Below are positions 39,119 through 51,377 of a stretch of 64,000 nucleotides of DNA, one piece after another. The position numbers and the translations under genes are program-made. The notes beneath the pieces are model-generated. The model saw only the letters and a program-made list of their open reading frames with translations. It made no database searches and was not told the DNA's origin. Numbering within the stretch: the stretch's first letter is position 1; each line of letters begins with the position of its first letter. Location: NCBI GenBank assembly GCA_001643675.2, contig LSRY02000022.1, forward strand, positions 930,001 through 994,000. The letters are read 5' to 3'. The DNA comes from Monocercomonoides exilis PA203 (taxonomy: Eukaryota > Protista > Preaxostyla).

Positions 39119-42100
39119 ATTGTTTCTTTGCAAAATTCACAATTCGAACAATCATTTTCTGATTTTGGCAATTTGAAAGCAATTTCACATAAAAACAGTT
39201 CGGCAAATGGCTTTTTTGTCTCTTCAATTCCACATTCATTGCATTCATTTGATTCGTCGCATTCAGAAGAGCCAAGTAATCGGAGAAAAAGCACTGCAGA
39301 TACGGCATTATCACAGAATTTGATGGATAGAAGAAACATAATGCAAAAGCAAGAGACAGAGCAAAGGAATAATGAAAGTGGTACTGTGGAAGAGAAAACA
39401 ATGAATGCAAATGATTATTACAATAATGAAATGGAAAATGCAGAAGATAGAGTGAAGCAGAATGCACAGAGGATGCTCGACATCATTTTGCCATTTTTGG
39501 AGGAGAAGATGTCCTCAAACGCGTCTTCAACATCTTCATCTTTTTCTTCCCTTCCTCCTTCTTCTTCAGCAGTTTCGACTTGTACAAATACAGTTCCCGT
39601 TCATATCCCCAAACCATCCTTTTTTGAAGAAGAAGAAGCAATTTCTTTGCCCATACAAAAAGTTCCTTCATTGGATCAAACAGCAAACAGAGCAGGATTG
39701 AATGATGCTTCTTCTGCCTCTCTCGTTGGATACAGCAGTCTTCCTGTGCTTCCGCAATGCAAACAGAATAGTTTTTCGTCTGCAATGGGAATTGCTTCAT
39801 CCAATGAGCTGGAAAAGAAGGAAGCGAATGGATTTGTTGAATCGAACTCTATTGACAATCCAGATGGGGTCCTTGTATAGTTTAGTCATTCAAACGAAAG
39901 CACAAGCAAAATGACTGGTGAATCAATAGAAGTCTGCGAGCCATTGACTGGAATGCAACACAGCTGTTCATTTGCCTCTGAGAAACCATCTGCAACATGA
40001 AAACATCATCATCAAAGAGGAGCAAGACAAGTGCCTCGTCCAGCGATGCTAAATGGGATGTCTTTGAGAAGCAGTTTACACTCAAACAAGCTTCTTTCAC
40101 AGAGCAGGCACAGCAGAATGAAGAAGTCGAGATCGTATGACAGAAACCTTCCTCTTTCTCCTCTCTCGCCAAACGCTTAGGATTCGGCAGCACTTGCTGA
40201 TATGCAGATCTTCGATTGGGCAGTGAATAAGAGGCTGAGGAAGGGGAAGGAAGATGAAGGAGTATTTATCCTGTCTGGAAACCAGCTTTCACCCATTTCT
40301 CCTCCAATGACTCAGTCACAAGAAGGAAATGGAAATGGAACAGGAAGGCTTTCAGCACTGCCTTTATCTGCGTCTTTGTCTTGGGAATTGTCAGCAGATA
40401 ATCCAACCTCGCCTTTTGCATCAGAAGCAACAACATCATTTTTTGAAGAACTGAAAAGAAGAGAAGATGAGAATGCTTCAACGAATGTTCAGGTTCAAGT
40501 GCAGAAAGTTGGAGGCAATGAGAATTTCATTCAAAGCGAAGAAAGCTCCAACCACCCGAAGGACATCGTCATCCAAATCACTCAACCAGCCACTGAGGAA
40601 AGCGAGTCTGAAGGATCAAAGCAGAGTTCAGAAGAAGAAAAGCCTCTGAAGGCAACAACGCACATTCTCGACTACCCAAAGAACCCACTCATTCGCACAG
40701 GGACTGTTCCAGCCATGCACAATGCATCGACCACGTTCCTCTCTTCTCACTCAGAGGTGTCTGTGGTCAGAACAATTCCATCACCACTTTCAATGAGGAA
40801 CGGATGTGGGGTGAATGAAAGTGGCGGAGGAAAGCCGACACAGAAGGAGTTTGATTCGTCGCCTCAGCTTGTGTATTGCGTTGATTCTGAGCCTGAAAAA
40901 GAATTCAACGTTGAGTTGAAAAAAACATTAGAGCAAAGAGAAAATGAAGAGCAAGGAGTATTCTTAACGACTTATGCTTGTTCCTCTTATTCTACTTCTT
41001 CTTCTTTCTCTACATCATCATCTTCTTCTTCTTCTTCTTGTTTTTCTCCTGTTTTCAATCATTCATCTTCGCAGAATGTCATTAATGACAGTCCAAATTG
41101 TCAGCAATGCAAACAGCAATCATCCCTTTTGAATGGACTTTTGTCGCCAAAACGCGACCGTTTGAAGGAAAGCAAGTTTCCACTGCTGAAATTATCCCGC
41201 TCGCAAATGTCACTGCTTCCTTCAATATTCCGGTTCAACACATCTTATTCCTCTCCTCCACTTTCACCACAATCGCCTGTTCTTTTGCCAAACAGTACAA
41301 ACATCTTCGGTACAAGTGGATTGTTGAAAGGGAAAAACTTCAGCAGAAATGAGACAGACATGCTGAGTCCCACTGGGTTTCTGCCTCCCCCACACCATTC
41401 TCCTCCAATTCATTCTGTTTCAGAGGCTCAACTTAGTGCTATGTTCCCCTCACTGCATCCTTGTTCACCCGAATCATCTCCTCAAAGAGAGCAACATTTG
41501 TCATCTCGCTCAGAACACCGCCCTCCACTGCTTCATCCCACGTGCCAATTTTCATCGATGAAAAAGCTGCCTCAGAACTCCTTTGATTCATCTGGAGGCA
41601 TCCTCTTTGGTAGTGTAGGTGCAGCTCTTCCCAGGTTGCCTTCTTCTGCTGCTCTGACAGACTACCACTCCAAGGAAATAGAGCAGAAAGGGGAAAGCGA
41701 AGCAAAAGGGAAGAATTCGAATGTGTTTGCTGTGGGAGCAAACGGGATAATTCGATTGACGCCAGAGAAATGCAATGCATTAATGCCCATGCAAATAGCA
41801 AGCCCTCCTATCCACTCTCCTTCAGTGTTCTCTTCTTCTGCCTCTGCGTTTTCGAGATATGTGCCAGCAGACTTCCAACAGAAGGGATTTGCACTTTTGG
41901 GGATGCAGAAGATATCGTCACGAGAGGAAATGCAGCAGAACGAGAACAATTCCTTTCAGGAATCTGTGCCATCTTCTTCGCCTGCTTTGTCATCTCCTCA
42001 TTTTGGAAGTATTGGAAGTCTGTCTCCAGGAGCTTTTGCTGGAATCAGTGCTTGTGCCAAAAACAATAATAACGTGAATGCCAATTCCAAGATTGTGAAT

Positions 42101-45100
42101 CAATCTCCTCATCGTTTCGATTCCAAGCCAGAGGAGTCAGACGCATCCACCTCCACAAACACCTCTGGAAAAACTTCAACAGAAAGAGAATGAACACTCT
42201 TGGACATCAAGTTTGCTCCCCTAAATGAAAATCGCAATTTGGAGAAAGAACAAAACTTGACTGTTGGAAATGTTGATTCAGGAACAGAATCACATTCAAC
42301 TTTGAAGATCACAGATATGCTTTCTCACTCTCCTGTCTCGCTTCCCATTCCTGAAGCATCGTCTTATTCGATTCATAGAACAACTTCTTCATCTGCCTCA
42401 TCTTCATCGTCATCTGATCCATTTTCTAATTCTCCTTCAAACAATAACGCTGAAAAGATGATTCTATCATCTGCTTCTTCTTCTTCTTCTTCAACTCCTT
42501 CTCGCTCTTCTCCATCCTCATTCACTCCTGTTAGCAACTATCTGACTTCTGCAACAACAAACTCCTGCACATCGCAGTCACCAACATTCATATCTTTAAC
42601 TCATCCTTCTCCTTCACCCACTCCACGCACTTCGAACTCGTCATAGATGCACCGCTTGTGGTGCAAGTTCAAACGTTCTTTTGGAATCACAGAGGCACAG
42701 GAGACAGAAGTGGAAGCGATGACTGAAGGGTTGCTGACGTCTCAGTACTTATGAATGGAGCAATCATCATCTGCTTTTACACCTGGAAGAGCATCTGTGC
42801 AAAGCATAACAAAGATGCACACAATATCGCATCTTTCAGCAAGTGAAGAGGAAGAGGAAGAAGGAGAAGGTGAGGAAGGGCAGCACATACAGGAAGCATG
42901 GAGTGTTCACAAACAAGATATGCAAAATGGGGAAGTTTGTGGAGATGGTCGAATAAGCAGCAGTGCAATTGGGGAAAGCGATGGATATGATGATGATTAT
43001 GACTCAGAGATGGAGAGGATGCTGTACAGCCCATTTGACGGGGCAAATGCTGGAATCACAACAAAGTCATCAAAGCAGCTTCAGACACAGGAAGATCATT
43101 CTGTGTGCACGAATGGGGAGTTGGCTTCTCCAATAAAGCAAGAGCTGCCTTTTAAATCAGAAGCGTCAAATTTGGAAGCAGACTTAGATGATGCTGACAA
43201 CGAGCCTTAACACATTCTTTCACCCACACTTTCAGAGAAGCTGTCACATGCAAATGCGATTGATTGTCAGCCTCACGGCAAAGAAGTTGTCCAACTTAGA
43301 ACACTTTCATAACTTCCAGACATGCAAAGAACTTCTAATTTATTGAGTCATCAGCATCATTCACACAGCAGCGAAAGGCAAATGAGGATGATCCAATCTG
43401 TTTCAGTGGCATTAGCAACTCCTATGCAGGCAGAAATTAGCTTATTCAACGCTCCTCATTTTCCTGAAGCTCCATTGTCAGAAGGGTGCCCTCTTCACTT
43501 GCTTTCTCCTCATTTTCTTCGGATCTGTGCTCCTCAGCCTTCAACTCCCATTGTTCGTCATCATGCGCCCTGCTTTTCTCATTTTGATTCGTCAAATACT
43601 TCTTCCTCTTCCTCTTCCTCTTCTCCTGCTGCAACTTCGTCTTCCAACAATCGGCGCTCTCCAATTTTTGGAGCGCTTTCATCTCCGAAAGTTAATACAG
43701 CGATATCGTCTGTATCAACATCAACTCCAACCACTGCTTCCACCTCTTCACCAGCCTCGTGTGCCTCAGGAATACCAACTTCCTCGTGCTTATCATCACC
43801 TTGCATTTTTTCTGAAGCATCTCCTCAGTTCAGCAGCATTCTTAATCGATTGCCTTGCAGTGAAAATGCAACAGGACTTGGCATATCCAGTCTTTTATCA
43901 CAATCTTTAGAGGAGGCAAGAATCGTTCGAGATATTCAGAGCTTCCCACAGCCCAGTGAAATCAGTTGCGAAGCTGAGAAAAGCCTTCACTCAATTTTCA
44001 GTCCAAGCAGTTCCAGCTCTTCTGCAATGTTTTATCCTCATTTCTCAGCATACTATGAAGATCTTAGCATTACACACGATGCGACAGAAGAGAATTCGCT
44101 ACCAGATGGAATTGAAAGCACGCTTCAGAGCGCGAGAAGAGTCGAAGATTGCGAAAGCAGGTGGAGAATGAAGAGCAAGGAACAACTCCCTTTTAATGAA
44201 GACGAGGAAATAATCAATATTATGCAGCAGATTGCGAATTTGCAGAAGAAGAAAAGGAAGAAAACAAAAGCGAAACAGAATGAAGATTGGATGAATGTGT
44301 CTGAGAAGCATGAAGAAAAGGTTATAATCGGCGGATTATATAACTCGATGATTCCGGAGGTTGTGGAGGAAGAAAGGGTGGTTAGCGAGGAGGACGAACA
44401 GATGAACAGCAAAGAAGTAAATGAAAGAAACGTAATTCAATAAACGAATGGAATAGAACAACAATCCGAAGAAGAATACGATGATGTTGAATTAAGTCAG
44501 AGGAATGATGGATGAAAAAGAACATATGGGTGATTATTTTTGAAAACATATTTTTTTTCGGGGTGTTGATAATAACAAAGATTGCCAGTTTTTTGATATA
44601 AAAATTTTTATTCAAAAGAGAATAAGAATGATAAATATTTTTTTAAAAACAAGTGGTTTTTCAGAATCAAAGATTAAAACATGTTCTTTTTGCCTTTTCA
44701 CTTTTCAATTTTTTTCATAGATATTGAAGAAATATTTTTGCATCGAAATTTTTGTCTGAAAAAATATGATTTCAAAAATAATCACCCATATTTTACAAAA
44801 ATAATGAACAAATAAGTGGGAAAAAAGGATTAGTATCTGATGAGAAGGATGAAAGACGAGGAAGCAGAGGAGTCATGAGTTCAACTACCAAAGAAGAAGA
44901 AGATGCTGATGAACGGCTGTGCAGAATTCGGGGCAAGCTTCGATGTGAAGGATGGATTGACAGTTCAGCATAGCAGATTGAGCTTGGTGGGTGGGAAAAC
45001 GGGCAGATGTTCCGCTTGTCAAGTGAGAGCATTTTACACACAGTTATGCAACGAACGATGGTGTATTCAGCAACATTGCAAAATCTGCTTGTCAGAGAGA

Positions 45101-45950
45101 AGAAGGGATCTGAGGTAATGAAAGAGAAGGAACAGCTCGCATCAGCAGATGAAGAAGAGATTTGCTGTCATTCGAAGGAACAGGAAATGAGGCTTTGATC
45201 AAAAGTTGCAAAATAAGAGCTTGCTATATTGGCTCATGAAGATCAAAAGCCAGAATCAGGTTCGCAGTTACTCTGGAGCAATGACGGGACAGGAAAGGCC
45301 TGTTTGCAGATGCATCCAAGCACAATTACAAAAGACAATTCTTCTCAAACATCTTCTTCTGCTTCCTCTTCTTCTTCGACTTTGTTGGCATCTTTGTTAA
45401 TTCATTCAACACAACCAATATCTTTAAACCAATCTCAGAAAACGAGAAATTTCAGCAAAGATTCGAAGGGGAATGGTTATTCATGGAGCGATTAGTCCAC
45501 TCTTCGTTCAGCTTCTCAGCAGTTGGAGGCTCAGACAAGTTCATCTGATGCACCAAAAATAAGAGTTGTATTCAAATTGCGAATGTTGTGCATAGCTGTG
45601 TTGATAATGAGGAGCTATTGAAACTCGAACAAGTGCTGAAAAAACAAAAAAAGAAAAGAAAAGAAGGAGGATTTTCAGACGCAAAGATCACAGATTCAGA
45701 AATTGGAAGCGAACATCGCAATAATATCATGAAAGAAGCATTGACTGTGAGTCCTTAAAATGCAGTGAGAAGCAACTTGTAATAAACACCAACGAATTCT
45801 ACTATTTCGGATTCTGTTATGCCTTCACTTTTTTCTCCATCCTTGACATCGGAATCCCCTCTTCCAAATCTGTTTCGTTTCGCAGGATCTCATGGAGATG
45901 GGTTTTCAGCATCACCAAGGCTGTCTTCTGATGAGGAAGCATAAACTTTG
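38348..45950 (+). pseudogene. Very large intronless Ser/Pro/Gln-rich low-complexity gene, disrupted by stops and a MITE
   Basis: ORFs 38348, 40202, 42200, 42755 and 43322 are all in one frame, separated only by stop codons. Coding-like sequence continues past the MITE (45007, 45229). Confidence 0.75.
44527..44788. mobile_element. 262-bp MITE (TGGGT family), TA TSD
   Basis: ~30-bp TIRs TGGGTGATTATTTTTGAAA(A/T)CATATTTTT with one mismatch; TA at 44525-6 and 44789-90. Confidence 0.9.
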
Positions 45951-46705
45951 GACCGTCACGTTGCATCTTCTTCATTTGCTACTTTTCATGGTTTCTGCTA
46001 TTAGAATTGAACAATTCGCTAAACAGCCTATTTTGGTGGTGAATTGATGGAATTTGAAGGATACATGAAGAAGGGAGTGCAGAATTGTTCTGGCAATATT
46101 TTGTCTTTTGATAATAAAAACACAATTTTGATTGGTGAAAAGATTATAAAAAAACTTTGATGTGGCTGTAATTTGTCTTGAACAACTGCAAACAATGGTG
46201 AAAGCACTTGCACTGAAAAAAAATTGATGAAAAAAATATAACGAACTGCAAAAGTTGTGAAAAATGTGATTTTTTTGGATCCACACTGAAAGTGGAATTG
46301 AAAAAAGTGTCGGTCTATGTTCATCGACTTTGGGGATTCAATGCACTGTGAATGGGCAAACGTATTCAATGGAGTTTTTTTTGTCAAGCAAGAGGAGTGC
46401 GGAACTGTGCCATCCAAAGATGAAGGCATGAGAAATGTGAAAGCAATAATATCAACAGAGTTTGGATTATCACCTTTTCAGAAGAATGTTAATGAGAGTG
46501 ACAGAGTTGTTGGCGATGCGCACAACGAAATGCCTAAGTGAAATGCGAAAAGAGAAAAAGGTTAGAGTCTTTATTGCACTGTTCTTTTGCAAATCTTTCA
46601 TTTAGGATGTTAGATTAGTTTGTTTAATGATGTTCATGGTGTTATCTTTGGCGTTTATGAATGATTTTTTAAATCAAATTTTTGCTGAAAGAAATGGTTT
46701 GAATA

Positions 46706-48713
46706 GGGTTATTATTTTATCTTGACCCTTTTTCTTTATTCTGACCCAAAAAAATGAAGTGAGAAAAGTTCAAAAATCTACATAATAAAAAGTTAACAAA
46801 ATCTGTATTAATTCTTCTGATAACTTTCCTTTTTCCTTCAGCTCGATTTAATGCATTATCTTTCTTTTCTTCATCAGAATCATCGTTTTTCACATGAAGA
46901 AATCTTCTTTTTATTTTTTTCTTATCATCCACAACAGTCTTCACTTCATCTTTCTCCTTTTCATCCATTTCATTTTTCCTTTCAATATTCATTTTCAAAT
47001 GATTTTCCCATTTCTCTAAAAGATTTTCGTCGGTTATCACTTTTCCATAAAAGTTGAATCTTTTTCTTCGGGATGGAAGAGGGTCAATTGAAGATTCGTG
47101 CAATTTCAAAAGAACTGGACCAGAAGAATTGTGAAGAACACCACTGCAGACAAAAGTTTTCTGAATTACAGAAGGTGATAATGCAGTGCGGATGGCTTGA
47201 GGCAGAACGTCTGAAATTGCTGCTCGTTTTGAAGAAGATGAAGAGGAAGATGGAGCCTCAAATCTGTTTGTCATTTCAGATTTGAACACAGCAAACACTC
47301 CTCTATCCAGTGGTTGACAAAGGTGTGTGCTGTGTGGCACGAATGTTAAAACGTCGACTTGCTGTTTTTGGAATTCTCGCCAGATCGATGGATCTGCGCG
47401 AGATGCATGCGAGTCAAGAAGGAGAAGAATGTGTTCGTTTTCAAGTGACATGCGTTTTCTTCTTTCGATGACAGAAAGAAGAAGAACTGTGAGAGCATCC
47501 CTTTAAAAGCACACGTTGTCCATCCAGCTGCTTTCATTTGCCCATATCTCAAGCGTTGGAGATAACAGGCTTTTCAGCTCTTCTGGCAGGTTGACGCTTG
47601 GCCGCAAAATGACAGAAGGAAAGGCATATCCATCCTCTGCAGCAGCTGTTTCGAATGTGGAATTAATCATTCTTGGTGGTTCTTTCGTAAAACCTGCTTT
47701 TGTGCCTGTAGTTTGAACAACAAGCTGTTTTGAATCTGCAGGAACGCGCGTTGAAGATTCATCGACATTTATTTTCAAAGATGGATTGAAATGGTATTTT
47801 TCATGCAGCTCATCGAGTGTTTTATACCAGGGTTTTGAAACACTTCTGCACGAAACAGCCAGTGTGTTTATGTCCAGATTTTTCGGCGTTCCAGTCTTCA
47901 GCTCCGGATGACGGTTGACAAAGCCGTAAGTTGCAGACATGGAAACTTCTGTAAATGGTGAGTCTTCATCATCGTTGTCGTTTATAATATTTTCTATCTG
48001 AAAAACAAATGATTAAAACATATAAATAAAAATGAAACAAACCAATTCTCTTGTTTTTTTCAAAGTTAAACATGTTCCAGACTTCGCCTCAACGTGAATA
48101 ACATCCAAAACTCTTTGTTCCTTTTCGCTAACAACTGCTGCAGGTCTGCCAACTTTTCTAACCAGCCTTTTTTTTCTGAGAGCTCTCACAGCATTTTTGA
48201 TACCTGTGCGGCTGAATTCCTTTGAATTAATTGCATCCGTCATGCGAACAACTCCATCAACAACGTTGTGAGCCATTCGCTCCAGCCGACTGTGATACTT
48301 CCTGCACTTACGCGAAGACATTGCGCGCTGCAGTTTTTTCTTACCTTCTTTTAATTTCATTTCTGTTGATATTTTCATTTTTTTTAATAATAATTTTAAG
48401 ATCATAATAATTTTTTATTTTTTTAATTGAAATGAAATGAAAAAAAATACAAAAAACAACATTTTTTACAAACTGAGAATTTTATTCCCCATGTAACCCT
48501 CCAATTCCACACAGAAGTTCAATGAAGGGGCTAAACCCCCCATCTCCCCACCCATGCGAAATTGGGTTTGTTTCAAAATGTATTTATTTTTATCTGTTGA
48601 ATTCATATATATACTTAAAAATCTTTAAAAATATGAAATTGTGGGAAAAGTTAATGATTAATTAAAAAAAAAGGTCAAGATGAAAAAAAAAGGTCGAGAT
48701 TAAATTATAACCC
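46706..48713 (-). mobile_element. Full-length pogo-like (Tc1/mariner superfamily) DNA transposon, ~2.0 kb
   Basis: Imperfect TIRs GGGTTAT(T/A)ATTT(T/A)ATCT(T/C)GACC with a doubled internal TGACC motif; TA at 46704-5 and 48714-5; encodes a DDE_1-type transposase. Confidence 0.9.
46717..48321 (-). pseudogene. pogo-like transposase (HTH + DD35D), 45-bp intron 48042-47998, one in-frame TAA at 47503-5
   Basis: GRP linker, GFVNRHPEL (CENP-B-type HTH), INVDES, LLLDSHASR, HSTHLCQPLDRGVF. 35 residues lie between the 2nd and 3rd Asp. Confidence 0.88.
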
Positions 48714-48928
48714 TACTTTATTTTTCATTCTGGCAATAATTTTGTTTACATCAAGTGGAACATTTGTTTGTTTTGTTGAATAAGAACAAAACTTTCTTTG
48801 AACATTTATTCAAAAAAACTGTTCTGTTTTAATTGTATTTTGTTTTTTGCCTTTCAAGAATCTGAATTTTCTCGAAAAATATGTATGATGGCATCGATCA
48901 ATAATTCACATTTTTGCAACTCTTTCAA

Positions 48929-50250
48929 ATGTCAGGTATACTGGCAAGCTTAAGAGGACTTGTGACCCCAGCTACAATAAATATTGCTTTAGAAGGGGAA
49001 GCTACGAGAAGAAAAATTCGCAGGCCTAGTGGTGAGAAAGAAGGAGAACCTCTGTGCTTATATGGAGGAAAAGACCCAGTGAAAGGAACAATAACTGTCA
49101 CTCCTCTTCCGGGAAAGAAAGTTGATCATGTTGGAATCACGTGCGAATTCCTTGGAGTTATCGAACTGTTTGGAGAAAAGACAATATCAAACAATTTTGT
49201 CACAGTGACAAAGGAGCTTGAACCAGCAGGCACATTACTGCAAACAAAAACATATTCATTTGATTTTTCAAATGTCAAAAAAGAATATGAGTCTTATTAC
49301 GGCATTAATGCAAATCTTCGGTTTGAAGCATTATAATTGCTTTGTCACTTTTTGAAAATTTTTTAATTTGAATATTTATTCAGATATTTAATTGTTGTAA
49401 AAATTCAGCGTTCTTTAGCTTTAAATGTTACGGAAGAAAAAGAGATTTACGTTCGAGTCATTCAAACAGAACCAGAATCAAACAAAACAATAAAAATGGC
49501 AGTTGGAGTTCCAGGATCACTTCATATTGAATTTGAATATTCACGCTCAAGGTTTCACTTATTAATTTATGATATTATAAAATTTTTTTCGGATTAATTT
49601 TATGATTTTAATTTTGATTTGCTTAAAAAATAAATTAGATATCACTTGAATGATTGCATCATTGGCAAAATCTCGTTTTCAGATTGCCGTCTGAAGGTGA
49701 AAAACATGGAAGTGGCTATTCTGAAAAAGGAGACAACATTTCAGGATGCAAGCGCATACAACGAAAGCGACAACTTGATGCGTTTTGAAGTGATGGATGG
49801 TGCTCCGGTGAAGGGAGAAATCATACCAATTCGAATGTATCTGAAGAGTCTTGATTTGACTCCGACATATCCGACCGTCAATTCATGCTTCCAGGTTTGT
49901 TGCATGTGATTGATCAATTTGGAGAGAGAGAGAGAGAGAGAGAGAGTTTAAAAATGCTTTCCAAAAGAAGATGAAGAAAAAAAGAGGATAAAGCGAGAGA
50001 TTCTAAACTTTTTTTAACTTGTTGTGGATTTTTAATGGGACTATTTTAAAATTAGGTTCTTATTTTTTTTTCCCCAAATTGCATTTATTTGTACAAATTA
50101 TTCTTCTCTCTGTGCATTTCCTGATATTTCCTGATATTTCCTGATATTTCACAGGTTCGATATTACTTGAACATTGTCATTTTCGACGAAGAAGATAGAA
50201 GATACTTCAAACAGGCAGAAATTACGCTGTGGAGGAAGGATTTAGTTTAA
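48929..50250 (+). CDS. VPS26: Vacuolar protein sorting 26 (retromer subunit), 303 aa; exons 48929-49320, 49384-49551, 49639-49894, 50155-50250
   Basis: GKKVDHVGI, KEYESYYGINANLRY, LHIEFEY, FEVMDGAPVKGEIIPIRMYL, VRYYLNIVIFDEEDRRYFKQAEITLWRK. Three GT-AG introns give a 912-nt open frame. Confidence 0.97.
49922..49947. repeat. (GA)n microsatellite in VPS26 intron 3
   Basis: Read directly. Confidence 0.9.
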
Positions 50251-50371
50251 CAAGCACTTTTCTTCTGCTTCTTTCTTTTTTCTCTTTTTATTTTTTTTTA
50301 TCGTTCAATGTGATTGTTATGGAGAAATATACATAGAAAATCTATTTCTTCATTGTTGAATCAAAAGCATT

Positions 50372-50373
<2 letters not shown>

Positions 50374-50431
<58 letters not shown>

Positions 50432-51127
50432 CTTTCCTTCTTTTATTTTAACAAGAATTTTTATTTGTTCATTATTCGTTCTCTCTCAATTTAACTGTAA
50501 AAAATCATTTCTTGCCATATCAATTAAAGCTGGTTGTATCACTATGCTATTCTTTCTTCATCATGTTTTTCTTCTTTTCTTTTCTTTCTTTTTCTTTTTT
50601 TTTAAAAAAAAAAAGAAGAAAAGAAAGAAAAAAGAAAGAGAAAAACTTCAACTTTTTTTAATCTTCACTTCTCGATTTGTTATCACCTCCACTTTTTAAT
50701 CGCTTAAGCTCAAATAGTAACTTTCTCACTATTTCTCTCTTTTTTTTCTTTCTCTCTCTTTTTTCTTTCTTTCTTTTTTTCTTTCTTTCTTTTTTTCTTT
50801 CTTACTTTCTCTCTTTCTCTCTTTCTCTCTTTCTCTCTTTCTCTCTTTCTCTCTTTCTCTCTTTCTCTCTTTCTCTCTTTCTCTCTTTCTCTTTCTCCAG
50901 ATTGGGTTGTTGAAATAAAGATTTTGAATCTTGAATAAATTATCGTCTGCTTCTTTTATTTTGTTTGCCAATTACTTTATCAGAGAAAGATAAGTTTTGA
51001 TTCATTTGAAGAGTCTTTTGTTATTTAAATGAAAAACTCTTTGTTTTTTTTTTTTTTTTTTCATTCTAACAATGCATAATGCATTCATTGAAGTTTATAG
51101 GAAGGATTAAAGAAAAATGAATAATTT

Positions 51128-51172
<45 letters not shown>
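50374..51172. repeat. Simple-repeat-rich spacer between convergent genes: (CT)n 50374-50428, CT/CTTT arrays ~50735-50897, poly-T tracts at ~51044 and ~51134
   Basis: Read directly. Confidence 0.9.
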
Positions 51173-51377
51173 CGTTTTTCATTTATCATCATTCAACAGA
51201 ATTTCCTTGAAAACTTCAGTTTTGTGCGATCTTTTCATAAACAATGAACAAAAAAATCAAATAAAAAATAAAAGAAAAAAGGTTAAATTTAAACCATTCT
51301 TCAAAAACACAATATAAAAAAGACAAGATTAATGCCAAATTTAACAAGAACGATTTTTCTCTTCCATTTCAAATCAT

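Noticed and set aside
50729-50971. REKERK-repeat ORF and neighbouring F/S/L-rich ORFs
   Set aside because: Translations of CT microsatellite arrays in the intergenic spacer.
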